The notes under the pieces were generated by a model that saw only the letters and a program-made list of their open reading frames with translations, was not told where the DNA came from and did no database searches. The position numbers and the translations under genes were made by a program. A DNA stretch of 62,974 nucleotides, the filler included, from Octopus bimaculoides (Eukaryota): the NCBI RefSeq assembly GCF_001194135.2. It is 5 parts of 5 records of this genome, joined end to end, with 100 filler letters (N's around TTAATTAATTAA, not from the genome) between each part and the next. Parts side by side here need not be neighbours in the genome. Positions count along the whole stretch, not along the records: positions 12,019 to 37,798 come from NC_068996.1; positions 37,899 to 55,934 come from NC_068988.1; 3 more parts are not named here. The stretch is one strand, 5' to 3'. Shown piece by piece: positions 36,527 through 49,660 of the stretch (the first letter of the stretch is position 1; every line of letters starts with the position of its first letter).

Positions 36527-37780
36527 CAAATAGTGGTGCAGCAATATCAAAGGAAGGCTAACTGGGAAGATTGTTTTTGTATGTGGCAAATGCTCAGGAG
36601 CAATAAACACTGAAAACATGCAGAGAACAGCTTCCGTCACATTCCAAGGAGAAAAACTAGAAGTAGTTGATAGCTTCCGTTACCTAGGTGACCAAGCCAG
36701 TAGCAGGGGTGGATGCTCTGAAAGTGTAGCTGCTAAAGTAAGGATAGCCTGGGCAAAGTTCAGAGAGCTCCTACCTCTGATGGTGACAAAGGGCCTCTTG
36801 CTCAGAGTAAAAGGTAGACTGTATGGCACATGTGTGTGAACAGCTATGCTACATGGCAATGAAACATGGGCCGTAACTGCTGAGGACATGCATAATCTTA
36901 CAAGGAATGAATCCAGTATGCTCCGGTGGATGTGTAATGTCAGTGTGCATACATGACAGAGTGTAAGCTCTCTGATAAAAAAAGTTGGACCTAAGAAGCA
37001 TCAGATGTGGTGTGCAAGAGAGACGATTGTGCTGGTATGGTCATGTGTTGTGAATGGATGAGGACAGCTGTGTGAAAAAGTGTCACACCCTAGCAGTTGA
37101 GGGAACCTGCGGAAGAGAGAGACCCAAGAAGACCTGGGATAAGGTGATGAAAGTATGACCTTCGAACATTGGGCCTCACCGAAACAATGACAAGTGACCG
37201 AGATCTTTGGAGATAAGCTGTGCTTGAGAAGACCCGGCAGGCCAAGTGAGACCATAACTGTGGCCTATGCCACTACTGTATAACCAGCCCATTTAAGAGT
37301 ACCCTTCAATCATTGGACAATAAACTATGCTTGCAAAGACCTGTTGAGGCAAGTGAAATCGCTGTCATGGCCAATGAGAGTACCGCCTGATTGGTACCCG
37401 TGCCAGTGGAGTGTTAATAGCACCATTCAAGCGTGATCATTGCCAGGGCCGCTGACTGGCACACGTGCCAGTGGAACTTAAAGAAAAGCAACATTCAAGC
37501 ATGGTTGTTGCCAGCGCCACTGGACTGGCTCCTGTGCAGGTGGCACGTACAAAGCACCATCTGAGCATGGCTGGTGCCAGTATCACCTGACTGGCCCTCA
37601 TGCTGGTGGCACATAAAAGCACAGTCTCGGAGTGGCTGGCGTTAGGAAGGGCATCCAACTGTAGAAACTTTGCCAGATCAGATTGGTGACTGGTGCAGCC
37701 TTCTGGCTCACCAGCCCTCAGTCAAACCATCCAACCCATACCAGCATGGAAAATGGACGTTAAATGATGATGATGATGAT
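36527..37780 (+). mobile_element. 5'-truncated RTE-clade LINE: RT C-terminus, 3' UTR and (ATG)n tail
   Basis: GEKLEVVDSFRYLGDQ...WAKFRELLPL...GNETW...MLRWMCNVS...WYGHV, then a UTR ending GGACGTTAAATGATGATG. Confidence 0.92.
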
Positions 37781-37798
37781 CATCATCATCATCGTTTA

Positions 37799-37898
37799 NN
37801 NNNNNNNNNNNNNNNNNNNNNNNNNNNNNNNNNNNNNNNNNNTTAATTAATTAANNNNNNNNNNNNNNNNNNNNNNNNNNNNNNNNNNNNNNNNNNNN
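37799..37898. other. Synthetic scaffold-join spacer
   Basis: 44 N + TTAATTAATTAA + 44 N = 100 nt. Confidence 0.95.
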
Positions 37899-38445
37899 CC
37901 ACACACATTTATAGAGCACACATGTTCCATAATGTCAAAGAACAGCTTATCTTCAGAAAACAAATTAAAACGTAGGGCTCAAAGGGACAAATAAGAGAAT
38001 GAAATTAAATAACATTTTTACTGCATATTTTAATCCTGTATTTTGTTTTTTTTGAGGGTTAATACATTGTCATTGAAATCGCCAAAATCTTTCAAGTCGC
38101 TACCTTATCATCATGAGGGCGTATTATTGCGAAATGCCTTGTATTATTTAGTTACAATAACTAGTCTGTCTTGTGTGACTACATTCTCTTCTTGATCGAT
38201 GGTTTTAGTTCATGAATGATGCAGGGTTTCTTTGATCTTCAAAAATTGACTATATATTATGTCCTTTTGCGTAAATGGCAATTTTAATGTACAGAGTGTG
38301 GCATTTCGCTACACTGCAATACCATGCGCATACGAATATATATGTATACCTACACCCATATCTATCCATCTAAATATCTATCTATCTAGCTGGCTAGCTA
38401 TACACCTCTTTGTCTCTCTGCCTGTCTATCAATCTCTCTATCTCA

Positions 38446-38500
<55 letters not shown>

Positions 38501-38538
38501 CTTATCTCTCTATCTATTTATCTATCTATTTATCTGTG

Positions 38539-38590
<52 letters not shown>

Positions 38591-38750
38591 AATGTCTTGT
38601 ATGTTATTGGTGAATCAGCCTAATTCCTGGCAGTGGATGCATTCCTAACTATACACCCACACCAAAGCATAACCACATATTGAACCACACAAGGTAGCAA
38701 CTGCGAATACATGCATGTGCATATATACATACACACATACAATGATAGAC

Positions 38751-38802
<52 letters not shown>

Positions 38803-40339
38803 ATAGAGACAGACACACACGTACATGCATATATATATTGAATTTTGTATGTAGCAAACTTATTTACGCTTCATCCTATAGAATCGTGAAATGTGCCGTA
38901 TGAAGGTTCTATGCGTACTTTGGTGTTTAGGAAATACAATAGAGTAAGAGAAACACGAGCATAAACAGTATCCAACGATGGCAGATATTAAATGATATTC
39001 ACAGAGAGGCAGTGAGTGGGGAGCGATATATAGAGTGAAAGGCGGAGAGAGGATGAAAGCACGAGACAGACAGAAACACGTACTGATATTGATTACTAAT
39101 TGATAAATGACGGGTTAATGATTTGTTATTTGACCAAGTCGACCCGTGTGACACGGCTGATCTTGTTAACCTGCGTATGGCCAAAATCACATATATCCAG
39201 TGTTTGTAAACATTGCTTGAGTCAAAAATCAATAGGGACAGTTCTGTTATGAAATATATCCTAGCTTATCAGTTTTTTGCAGATGTGACCGTATACACTC
39301 ATTACGCATGTTTTAAATCTATCTGCACATACATCAAGATAGAATATCTGTGTTAACTGATTGGTGAAAAGCGTTTGTTAAAAGAAGATTTATAGGAAAA
39401 GAAAATTATTATACAAACATACATATGCGTGACCGTATGTATTGTATGTCAAAATTGTATGTATATATACANNNNNNNNNNNNNNNNNNNNNNNNNNNNN
39501 NNNNNNNNNNNNNNNNNNNNNNNNNNNNNNNNNNNNNNNNNNNNNNNNNNNNNNNNNNNNNNNNNNNNNNNNNNNNNNNNNNNNNNNNNNNNNNNNNNNN
39601 NNNNNNNNNNNNNNNNNNNNNNNNNNNNNNNNNNNNNNNNNNNNNNNNNNNNNNNNNNNNNNNNNNATATATATATATATACATATAAAACTGTGTATTC
39701 GAGCATGCGCTTTCATGTGTATGAGCTGGTCTTTATAAAACTTGAATATGATACCTTTGTTAGTAAGCCCAAACTGTTTTATAACTTCTCTCTGCAATGA
39801 TATGCTGTGAAGCATGAGGGGATCAGCACCTTTGAACAAACCTGCTGAATGTGAATAAGTACGAATTTGTACATACAGCTGTTGGGGTATGGAGTGTCTT
39901 TTTAAATTAAAGAATGGATGTAGTCCGATATGCTGAATATGTAAACAACAGACAAATACCATAGATCATGTTGTGTCCATATGCAGCCTTCTTGCGCCTT
40001 CAAAGTATCTCAATAGACATGATAAAAACTGATAGGAGCATAAATCATCTTCACTGCTTGGAAATGAGCATATCTCATCCTATGAAACGTGTGTGTTCAA
40101 ACTGACAGAATGATATATGCAAATACGCCAGACATTGTGTTTAAAGATTTCGGGGAAAACATCAAGCCTTCCCTTCGATATTACTGTCCGAATCGACATA
40201 AACTGATCTCTCAGAACCTACCAAAAATGGAGCAATTATAAAGATCTTGCAAGAAGAATTTGCAAATCTCAAGACTTGAACAATTCAGAAAGTAGCGGAC
40301 AATAAAACAGCTTGTATCCTATAAGGAGAGAGTTGTCGA

Positions 40340-40495
40340 TTGTATCTGTCCTAGTACTGAAATGGTACTTCATCGATCTCGAAGCGATGAAGGACGAAGT
40401 AGACTTCGATGGGATTTGAACTCAGAACGTAAAAATGAGTAAAATGCCGCTATTCCTTTCTGTCGTGCTAAGTTTTCTGCCAGCTCACCACCGAA
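40340..40495 (-). mobile_element. SINE family A, old minus-strand copy (others at about 41180-41270, 41400-41550 and 59860-60040; plus-strand copy at about 44640-44820)
   Basis: ctggtacttcatcgatctcgaagcgatgaagg...gatttgaactcagaacgta...tctgccagctcacc is the reverse complement of the family A head and core. Confidence 0.65.
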
Positions 40496-43400
40496 AAGTT
40501 ATTTGCTACTTTGAAAGACATAGATTGACATCCAATTAATCATGGTTATAATTAAAGCGAATCCCCAAAAAATGTTTCATGCACAAGCAAATAAAACGTC
40601 TCACCCTCAGACTGAAGACTGACAGAAAAAATAAAATAAAATAAAATAAAATAAAGTAAACACAAAGTGATAATCTTGCTACTTAAAGAGCTAAGAAACA
40701 CAACTAATTAATATTTACTGTCTTCCATAACATTGTACAGTTTATAATTGAAGTCGGAATAAACTACTTCAAAAAGTTACTAGTCACAAGAAGAAAGCGA
40801 AATTAACCAAATTATAATAGATCTAAATGTATACACCACTTGCAAAACAGACAAAATGATTAATGAGAGAATGTTAGATGGTCTCCTGCAGTTGAACAGC
40901 GAAATTCTAGGAAACAAGATATAACGAGTTTTTATGATATTCAGAGTTGTCCAAATGTTCAATTATTTTCTATGAACTGACGCATGGCAATACAAAACAC
41001 TGATATCATTCAAATCCGCGGTCAAGTCTCTATACATGATAATGTACCTGCTGGCGTTAGACATAGGGAACTGGTGATAAAATACCGTATGTAGTGTGTT
41101 TCGACATTGAGTGCCATACATAATGATGACGGGTTTCAATGTTTGGTACAAGGCTAGCAATTTAAAAGGAGAGGGTCAGTCGATGACATCAACCCCAATG
41201 TTTGACTGGCACGTATTTCATCGACCTGCAAGTCGAACTTTGAATTTAGAAACTAAAGATGGAAGATGTTTCTCTAATGAGTTTTCCCGGCAGGCTTGTG
41301 ATACTGCCAGTACACTTCCTTAAATAAGTGCCGATGATTGCAAGATAGATAATACATTTTGCTATTCACACAAGGCCTGAAGCTTTGCGCGAGTAGCTAG
41401 TTGATGACATGGTCTCCCAGTGTTCAACTAGTAGTTATCCTATTCACCTTGAAAGTATTGATGGTGAAGCTGTCTCGGTAAAATTTGATCTCAGAACGTT
41501 AATAAGGTCTACATGTCGCTAAGCCTTTTTTTACCAGCTTGCTAACGATTCAGCTGACCCACCGCTGTTATGACGATAGAGCTACATTGAGAATGGAGTG
41601 TAGAAAGCAGCGAAAAAGGGTAGGGTTTGATGTTGATTATATGCAGAACAGCAACCATAGCCATGATTCGTTCTTACATATTAATGCAAAGCTGTTAAGG
41701 ACACAAGACATGTTAAGTTAATCCCTAAGTATAAAGATGTAATTTGTAATGTTAATGTCCATCATATAAATCTATAACGCCAAAGGCACAGTCAAATATG
41801 CCGGAGAAATTAGAATACGTGTATACATACTACAGTTATATATTACCCAGCACTCTATAGTAATATCAACAACCCTAGCCGTAGGGAAATAGCATTCAGA
41901 ACATTTCTTTCTGAAACGCTAAAAATATCTTCCACACAGAAAATATTACGACTGACTCAAAGGAAATACACCGGACGCTAAAGGAATTAATCGACGACAC
42001 TGAAAGAGAAATGTGATTCACATACCAATACAGTATTTCACAGTAGAAATTACCCCGTTAACGGTAGGTTTGTTTCAATAACGAAGGAGCAGAAATTCAA
42101 TAAACGAACACAGCAATGAAAAATAACTACCAGAATACATTAACTACAGACGATGGAGTCAATAACAAAACCCTAAAATGCGGTTTGTAACTACAAACGT
42201 CTGGAGAGAATCAATAATTTGAATATCGTGGCGTATTGCACGTGGAAACGTGAATCTAATGCATATAAACGAAGAGACTGGGTTATCTACTAAGATGAAG
42301 CTATAGCAGAATAATAAAGTCAGGCAAAGGATTAGAGCTCAATAAACTCCGTAAGTATTCTTTAACGAAATGCTCCTAACAGATTAACAAGAAACAAGCA
42401 TCTCCGTAAATATTAATACAAGGCAACTAATCACCTAACAGCATGATTTCTTTCTAAGCAAATGCTAACGATTAAAGTATGGGAAAAAGCTGAAGATTCA
42501 TTGTAATTTGGTGTGTACAAAGAAGACAGCCTGAAACCCAATAGAATAAGTGAAAACTAAATGGAATCCAGCAAATATATTAGAAAGAAATACACAAAAT
42601 AAACTGACGGAGAATACATGTATCTATACTAATTGCAAAGGAAAAGGAATAGAAGAAATTAATGAAACGGAAATAATAATGACATGAAAAAGAAAGCGAA
42701 AGACGAAGCGGAAATGGATGAGAATGTAGGCGATGGCTTTTCGTTAGATTTAATTGTGGCATAAGTTACGTTGAAGTAGATGAAAGGTTTTTTTCATCAG
42801 AACGATCCAATTGAAACGAATAGTAAAAGAAAGTGGGTAGAAATCATATCAGATAATGATTTCCAGTGTCTGTCAATGTAAAACCGGAATGAATAGCGAA
42901 TGTGATCCTTTGGATAATTAAAAGAGTAGCGGATCTCTAAATGCTATTAGATATACCTGCCTGATATCTATTGCAAATATCCGTCCACATCAAAGCAAAT
43001 GCAAAAAAATGTGAAGGTAATGAGTAGACAGAAACTCATATAAAACACAAGTAGAATGGGCAAAGCTGTGGTGGTCATCATGACATAGATAATTAATTTA
43101 TACACTTGGGAGAGAGAAGTGGAAGATTCGAGCGAGTGGCGTACAAAATGCTTTTCATTCTTTTGATGAGAATATAATAATTACCAGTGAAATACTAAAG
43201 TGCACTGTAATTGATAATATCCCACCATATATATTGAGATATTTTGTATTGTGCATCAGATAATATGAAAAAAATAAGCAGAATAAACTGAATTTCAACT
43301 GTAAATAACATTGAACACAGAATAGGAATGATATGAAATATATAATTTAGTCTGGGAATTAAAGAGCCATTTCATTCCCTAGAATATATAATTTTCTCAG

Positions 43401-46400
43401 AAAATTACCAAACAGCAGATTGAAAAATTCCTTGATATCTTGGGTATTGTCAAAGAACCTGTGTTTTTCAGATAATGTCTGTATAGAATTTTACCTTTCA
43501 AATGATTTATTCTAATGGTGAATAGAGATCAGCTTATGGCTGTAAGTAATACAAATATTCTACGAACACGAGATAATCTCACTAGGAAGCTTACCATTAA
43601 GTCAATTATTCTGTAAAGAGATAATAATAAAAACATGAGTCAGTGAATGTCTAGGAACTATCTAACGTTATTGTTTAAATCATCTGATTTCCACCGAAAG
43701 TTTTATTCAAGTAATCGCTGGGGAACTTATTTATGTGTTGTGCTGATACAAACAACAATATATTCGCATCGCAGACATGTTATTCTGAATTTCGTTCTAC
43801 TGTGCAACGTCTTAGTTCTTATACAGGTACACCACCGATATTCCGGTAACTGATGACCCAGCTCATTGTATATTTCAGATAAATTACAAGGGTGAACTTC
43901 AGATTACTGTGATTAGCACTCTACTTTCGTAAACTGAAATGAGGGGCAGTACGCCAACCATACATTATTTACAATCCATACGGTAGTGGCGATACCGAAA
44001 TTTTGAGAGATCCAGAAATTATCCTTCAGGTATGGTAACAACGATTAAATATACTAATTTGATGCAAAATTAACTGTATTTCGTTTATTAATTCAGATGT
44101 AATACTCTGTGATGTTTAAGCGTCACGGTACTTCAAAGCATGGAAGAAGCATAACCTGTAGATTAGATATGCCTTGATAGGAGTTACTGGACCAAGGATA
44201 GTTCCGCAAAACGTTTAATCCGTCAAGATTAAACATCAGATGCATCTTTATATTTGTACAGTTGATACAACTTGATACAAATAAAAGTTTGTTGAATTCG
44301 ACAGAAGACGTTTTGAATGCGATGTATCTTCATCTTACCGCTAATGTAATTTAAGAAATTCTGCTCAGTTGCACATGTTTGAAGATCCGTCTCTATGTGT
44401 AAAGTAATACGGTGATGTTTTACATCATGTGTAAGTAAAGTTTGCACCAGCAATTTCTCTGCTTCCCACACACGTGCCAAAGTTATTGCGTATATCGCAA
44501 GATCGGTCTGGTGTTCTTGAAATTATGAAGACATATACTTATTGAAATAGAAGTCAAATTCAGAATTTGATGCCGACTATCAAATACTCCCGTGAAAACT
44601 TTCGATTCTTGCTTCAATAATACACACTTAATTTTTATGATTATTAATTTGTGATCCTGGTGCTGTGAGTTTAACCCCAGCCGAGATCAATTTAGTCTTT
44701 CATGCAGCTGGTCAATATAGACTATAATATCGATATAATGATGGCGTCGGTGTAATCGAGAAAGTTTCCTCCCGAAAATATTAATATCTGTCTGCCGAAA
44801 CTTAAACCAACATCATTAAAAATCATAAATTATATTTTATTGGATCCTCTAACGATATGTTTAGTATCATGATTAAAACCTGTTATCTATTTTTCTTAAA
44901 TGTTGTATTTAATATATCATTAATTTTCTTATCTAGCTTAATAAATTCTTACTTCATTTTAGAATATCACATGAAATATTTGGACATATAATTAATGATA
45001 TGTATCTCTAAATTTTGGGTACATTTTAAGACTGTGTTTAGTATGTATCTCTAAAGAGGTTGTCAAATTCTATATTGATTTCAGGAGTCATTAGTGAAAA
45101 TGACTATGTAAACCATTGGCTTAGAGATGGATTTAATTTTTTGCTCGCCAATTGTGAGGTGGAAATATAAAATTATATCTCAGATATGATATGTGATTAA
45201 TGTCTATTAATAAAGATATCTCTCTTATTAAAGAGATGACTTTATACTAGTATCCCATATATATNNNNNNNNNNNNNNNNNNNNNNNNNNNNNNNNNNNN
45301 NNNNNNNNNNNNNNNNNNNNNNNNNNNNNNNNNNNNNNNNNNNNNNNNNNNNNNNNNNNNNNNNNNNNNNNNTATATATATATATATATATATATATCTG
45401 TGTGTATGCGTGTGTGCATGTAAGTACGTATGTCTATAATATATATATCGGTGTATGTCTATAATATATATATCGGTGTATGTATATTTTATATATATAT
45501 AAATTTATTCTTTTTATACTTTTACTTCTTTCAGTGAACTGACTGCAGCCATGCTGGAGCACCGCCTTCAATCGAGCAAATCCACCCCACGACCTATGTT
45601 TTGTAAGCCTACTATTTATTCGACCGGTATCATTTGTCGAACCGCTATTTAACAGGGTGGTAATCACAACTGCATCGGTTGTGAAGCGATGTCGGGCGGG
45701 ACCAAACACAGACACAAAAACATATACATACTCACACACTCATACACACACACTCTCACACACACACACACGCACACACATACACACATATATATATACA
45801 TACATACGACGGACTTTTTTCAGTTTCCGTCTACCAGATACACTCACAATGCTTTGGTCGGCCCGAGGATATAGTAAAAGACACTTGCCCAAGGTACCAC
45901 GCAGTGGAAGCGAGCCCCGAACTACGTAGTTAGTAAGCCAGCTACTTACAGTACAGTCACTCCTGTATGTATAGAGTGTTATATGGGGTGTACACAAATT
46001 GAATATAAAGAAAAAAGTCGTCGGAATTTTGGAAACAAAATACTTTTATTTCTTCATTACTATCAACTCTTTCGTTCGTTTCTCTTGTCAAACAAAATTT
46101 TTTGAACGTACAAACAGCTTGTTTATTTATAGAGAACAGATATTCTTTTTTTTTGTTGGGGGTAGAGGAAGAGAACATTGTTTTTTTTTAAGGGGAATAG
46201 ATAAATAGATAGAGAGAAATGGAATCCGTCTTCCTTCTCACCATTCATTTATTTATTTAGACATTTATCATTGTATTGGAATGGGTTTAAGGACGGTGTC
46301 CTCTTCAAAAAAAAAAAAAAATTAAAAAGACACACGGGTGTTGTGGTGATCACTGAAATTCTTTTTGCTTTTTTCTCTCTGGCCTTCTTTTTTTACCCCG

Positions 46401-48914
46401 CTTTCTTTCTTTTTTCTTCTTTCTTTCTTTTTCCCCTCTTAGAGTTACATTTAGAATACAAAATGTATTGTCTCCCCTAAATCGATGAATGCATGGGAAG
46501 AAAGACAAATAAAATACGGACAGCACATATACTATAATAAGAATAATAATAATCATGATACCTCAAGTGACCCACGATTTACGATCCAAAATCCCACATN
46601 NNNNNNNNNNNNNNNNNNNNNNNNNNNNNNNNNNNNNNNNNNNNNNNNNNNNNNNNNNNNNNNNNNNNNNNNNNNNNNNNNNNNNNNNNNNNNNNNNNNN
46701 NNNNNNNNNNNNNNNNNNNNNNNNNNNNNNNNNNNNNNNNNNNNNNNNNNNNNNNNNNNNNNNNNNNNNNNNNNNNNNNNNNNNNNNNNNNNNNNNNNNN
46801 NNNNNNNNNNNNNNNNNNNNNNNNNNNNNNNNNNNNNNNNNNNNNNNNNNNNNNNNNNNNNNNNNNNNNNNNNNNNNNNNNNNNNNNNNNNNNNNNNNNN
46901 NNNNNNNNNNNNNNNNNNNNNNNNNNNNNNNNNNNNNNNNNNNNNNNNNNNNNNNNNNNNNNNNNNNNNNNNNNNGTGTGTGTGTGGAAGTCTGCGTGTC
47001 TGTGTTTGCCCCACCACAGATTCACAACTTGTGTTGTGTGATTACGTCCCAGTAAACTAGCGGTTCGTCAAAATGGCGATAGAATAAAGACCAGGCTTTA
47101 AAAGTGTGTACTGAAGTCTCGACTCTTTCGACTAAAATTTTTCAAGGTGGTACCTTAGCATACCTGAAATTTAGTTAATGAAACAAGAGAAAGACAAAAA
47201 ATAAAAATACTATATAGTTTAAACAAGTTTTAACCAAAACCTCACGTCATTTCACACCAAAAAACTTGGACTATGATATCGTTACCCTGTTTTAATGCAG
47301 TCAAGGAATGGAGGCTTAAAACTTTTGACAACAAACGTTCATTCACTGCGCAATAAATTCCACCCATAAATGTGTTTGTAATGTATTATGATATACTACG
47401 TTAATATCAATAATTTTAATCAATAGAATGACTAATTTCATATCAAAAACTAATTTGAGGAATCTCAAAACACGTAGAAATCAACTGAGCGGAAATTGCT
47501 TTCTTGATTACACAGAATGCCTTTTGTCCCCTGCTCACCAAATAAAGTATTGTAAATGTTTGACTACGGGAAATTTATTATGGAATGTCAATGAAAGATG
47601 AACTTTTCAGATAGTGAATGATGTGTTCATAGTTGGAAATGTTGCATAAATCCATCTAAATATTGAATCGGGGTTTCTGTGAATGAAAGGAGGTATTGCA
47701 AGCGTAGGAAGGAAGTTTCAGAAAAGTATGTGAACAGAACAGCGGAGATGGCCAATACATTGGACATAAGATTTGTGTATTCCGTAGGAAGCAGAAGCCA
47801 TCTGCTACGTACCTTGGCATTGTGCTAAGAACAAATCAAAAGCTAGTGAAAGCATCTGAGGTTTAGAGGAGGTATATATAAACCGGAAGTCATGTTGTTC
47901 ATGATAGCTTCAAAATGGAGGGAAGCTGAACCTCTACACCTTACATACAATACTAAATTAGAACATGGTCAGCAAATATCTGAATGCGAAATAATACGAT
48001 ACACTTAATATGTTTGAGTTCATTTATTTTCTTGAAAACCAGTCAATATCACCTTGTTTGGGTGATGTAAGCGGTTGTCATGGTCATTATTTGGTATTTG
48101 CAAAAGCAATTATATGGAGCTCAATTTTACTATTTAATATCATACACAAGAGTTAGATAATGAGGTGGGAATGACATTGAAGTTTGCTCTTTGGACGGTT
48201 TTCCTTATTTAATTTATCGATGTAACGTGTCTGTCGTCAGGTTCTGGATCGATACAATGTTAACATTGTTTGACAATTCCCAATATGGTATTTGTTATTG
48301 TTACGAAATAATAATGATAAAATCACTATGTAATTTCCCTCCATTGGTGATGCAAATACATTCTCTGGTCTTAATGTGAGTATTCTCTTTGTATTCTTCA
48401 ATAGTGTCTGTCAGTGTATAGACACTGCAATTTAGACTACGCATCGAAATCATTTTTTATTACTTCTGGGGTTCTCATAAATTGCAGCAATGCCAATAAT
48501 GCTAAGCTATTGTTAAATGTATGAAAACATAGTTTGGATTTACCAGAAATGTTATGATATAACTTTTATAAACTTATTAAATATACGATTCATTTATACG
48601 CATTAAGCTGATTGGCTCGGTTAATGTTATAGATGTAATGGGATATGATATGATATGATGCCATAAGCAATGATCATGATACAAGATATCGCATGCAAAA
48701 ATATTTTACACGTGAGAAAATAGACACATATAATGGCAAGCACACCAATATTTTCCATCGCGATGTCAATAATGGAGAAGACAAGGTTACTGTAGGTGAT
48801 GGATTCTATTATACAAATATATATGTGTGTATGTGTGTGTGTGTGATAGTGTGTATGTGGTTGAGTGTGTATGACTGTGTATGTATGTGTATATAAATAT
48901 ATGTGCATATATAT

Positions 48915-49030
<116 letters not shown>

Positions 49031-49604
49031 ATACACTTGTATTCACACACACCCATACAAATTGCAAATCTAAGCCTTATTTATATTAATTAAATTTCGA
49101 TTTAAAATTAAAAAGTTTAGCATTCAAACGATATTTTGGGTATGTCCTTAATAGCGTGCCGGTTGAGCACTTTGACATGTTATGGCTACTTGGCGTTATC
49201 CACAGAAAATGCACATTTGTCGCTGGATCTACGTTAGAAATTCTTCGTTCCATGTTGCGACTATACTTAACACTTGACACAAAGACAGAGTATACTGGAA
49301 ATTTTATTTACCACATCGATCGTTTCGGCATAATCATGCAATGCTCCTTAGTGTGTGGTATAATGAACTCCAATGCACTTCCCTTTGTAGAAAGGCCTTA
49401 TCAGGTGACATTAACATGATTACAAGTTAAATAAGTGACATTTCACCTATAGGCTTATCTACATGATTTTGCATGTTGCTACATCAATGCCAGCATATTC
49501 GTCTGAACGCCTAGCTGTTAAGAGAACCGAGAACACACACATACACAGACACAGACACAGACACACACACATACACACACACACATACACACACACACAC
49601 ACAC

Positions 49605-49660
<56 letters not shown>

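Noticed and set aside
41870-44500. Very old LINE-like coding remnants (R4/Dong-like at about 42400-43100, RTE-like at about 44100-44500)
   Set aside because: Only vague motif resemblance, with no boundaries or catalytic motifs I can support.
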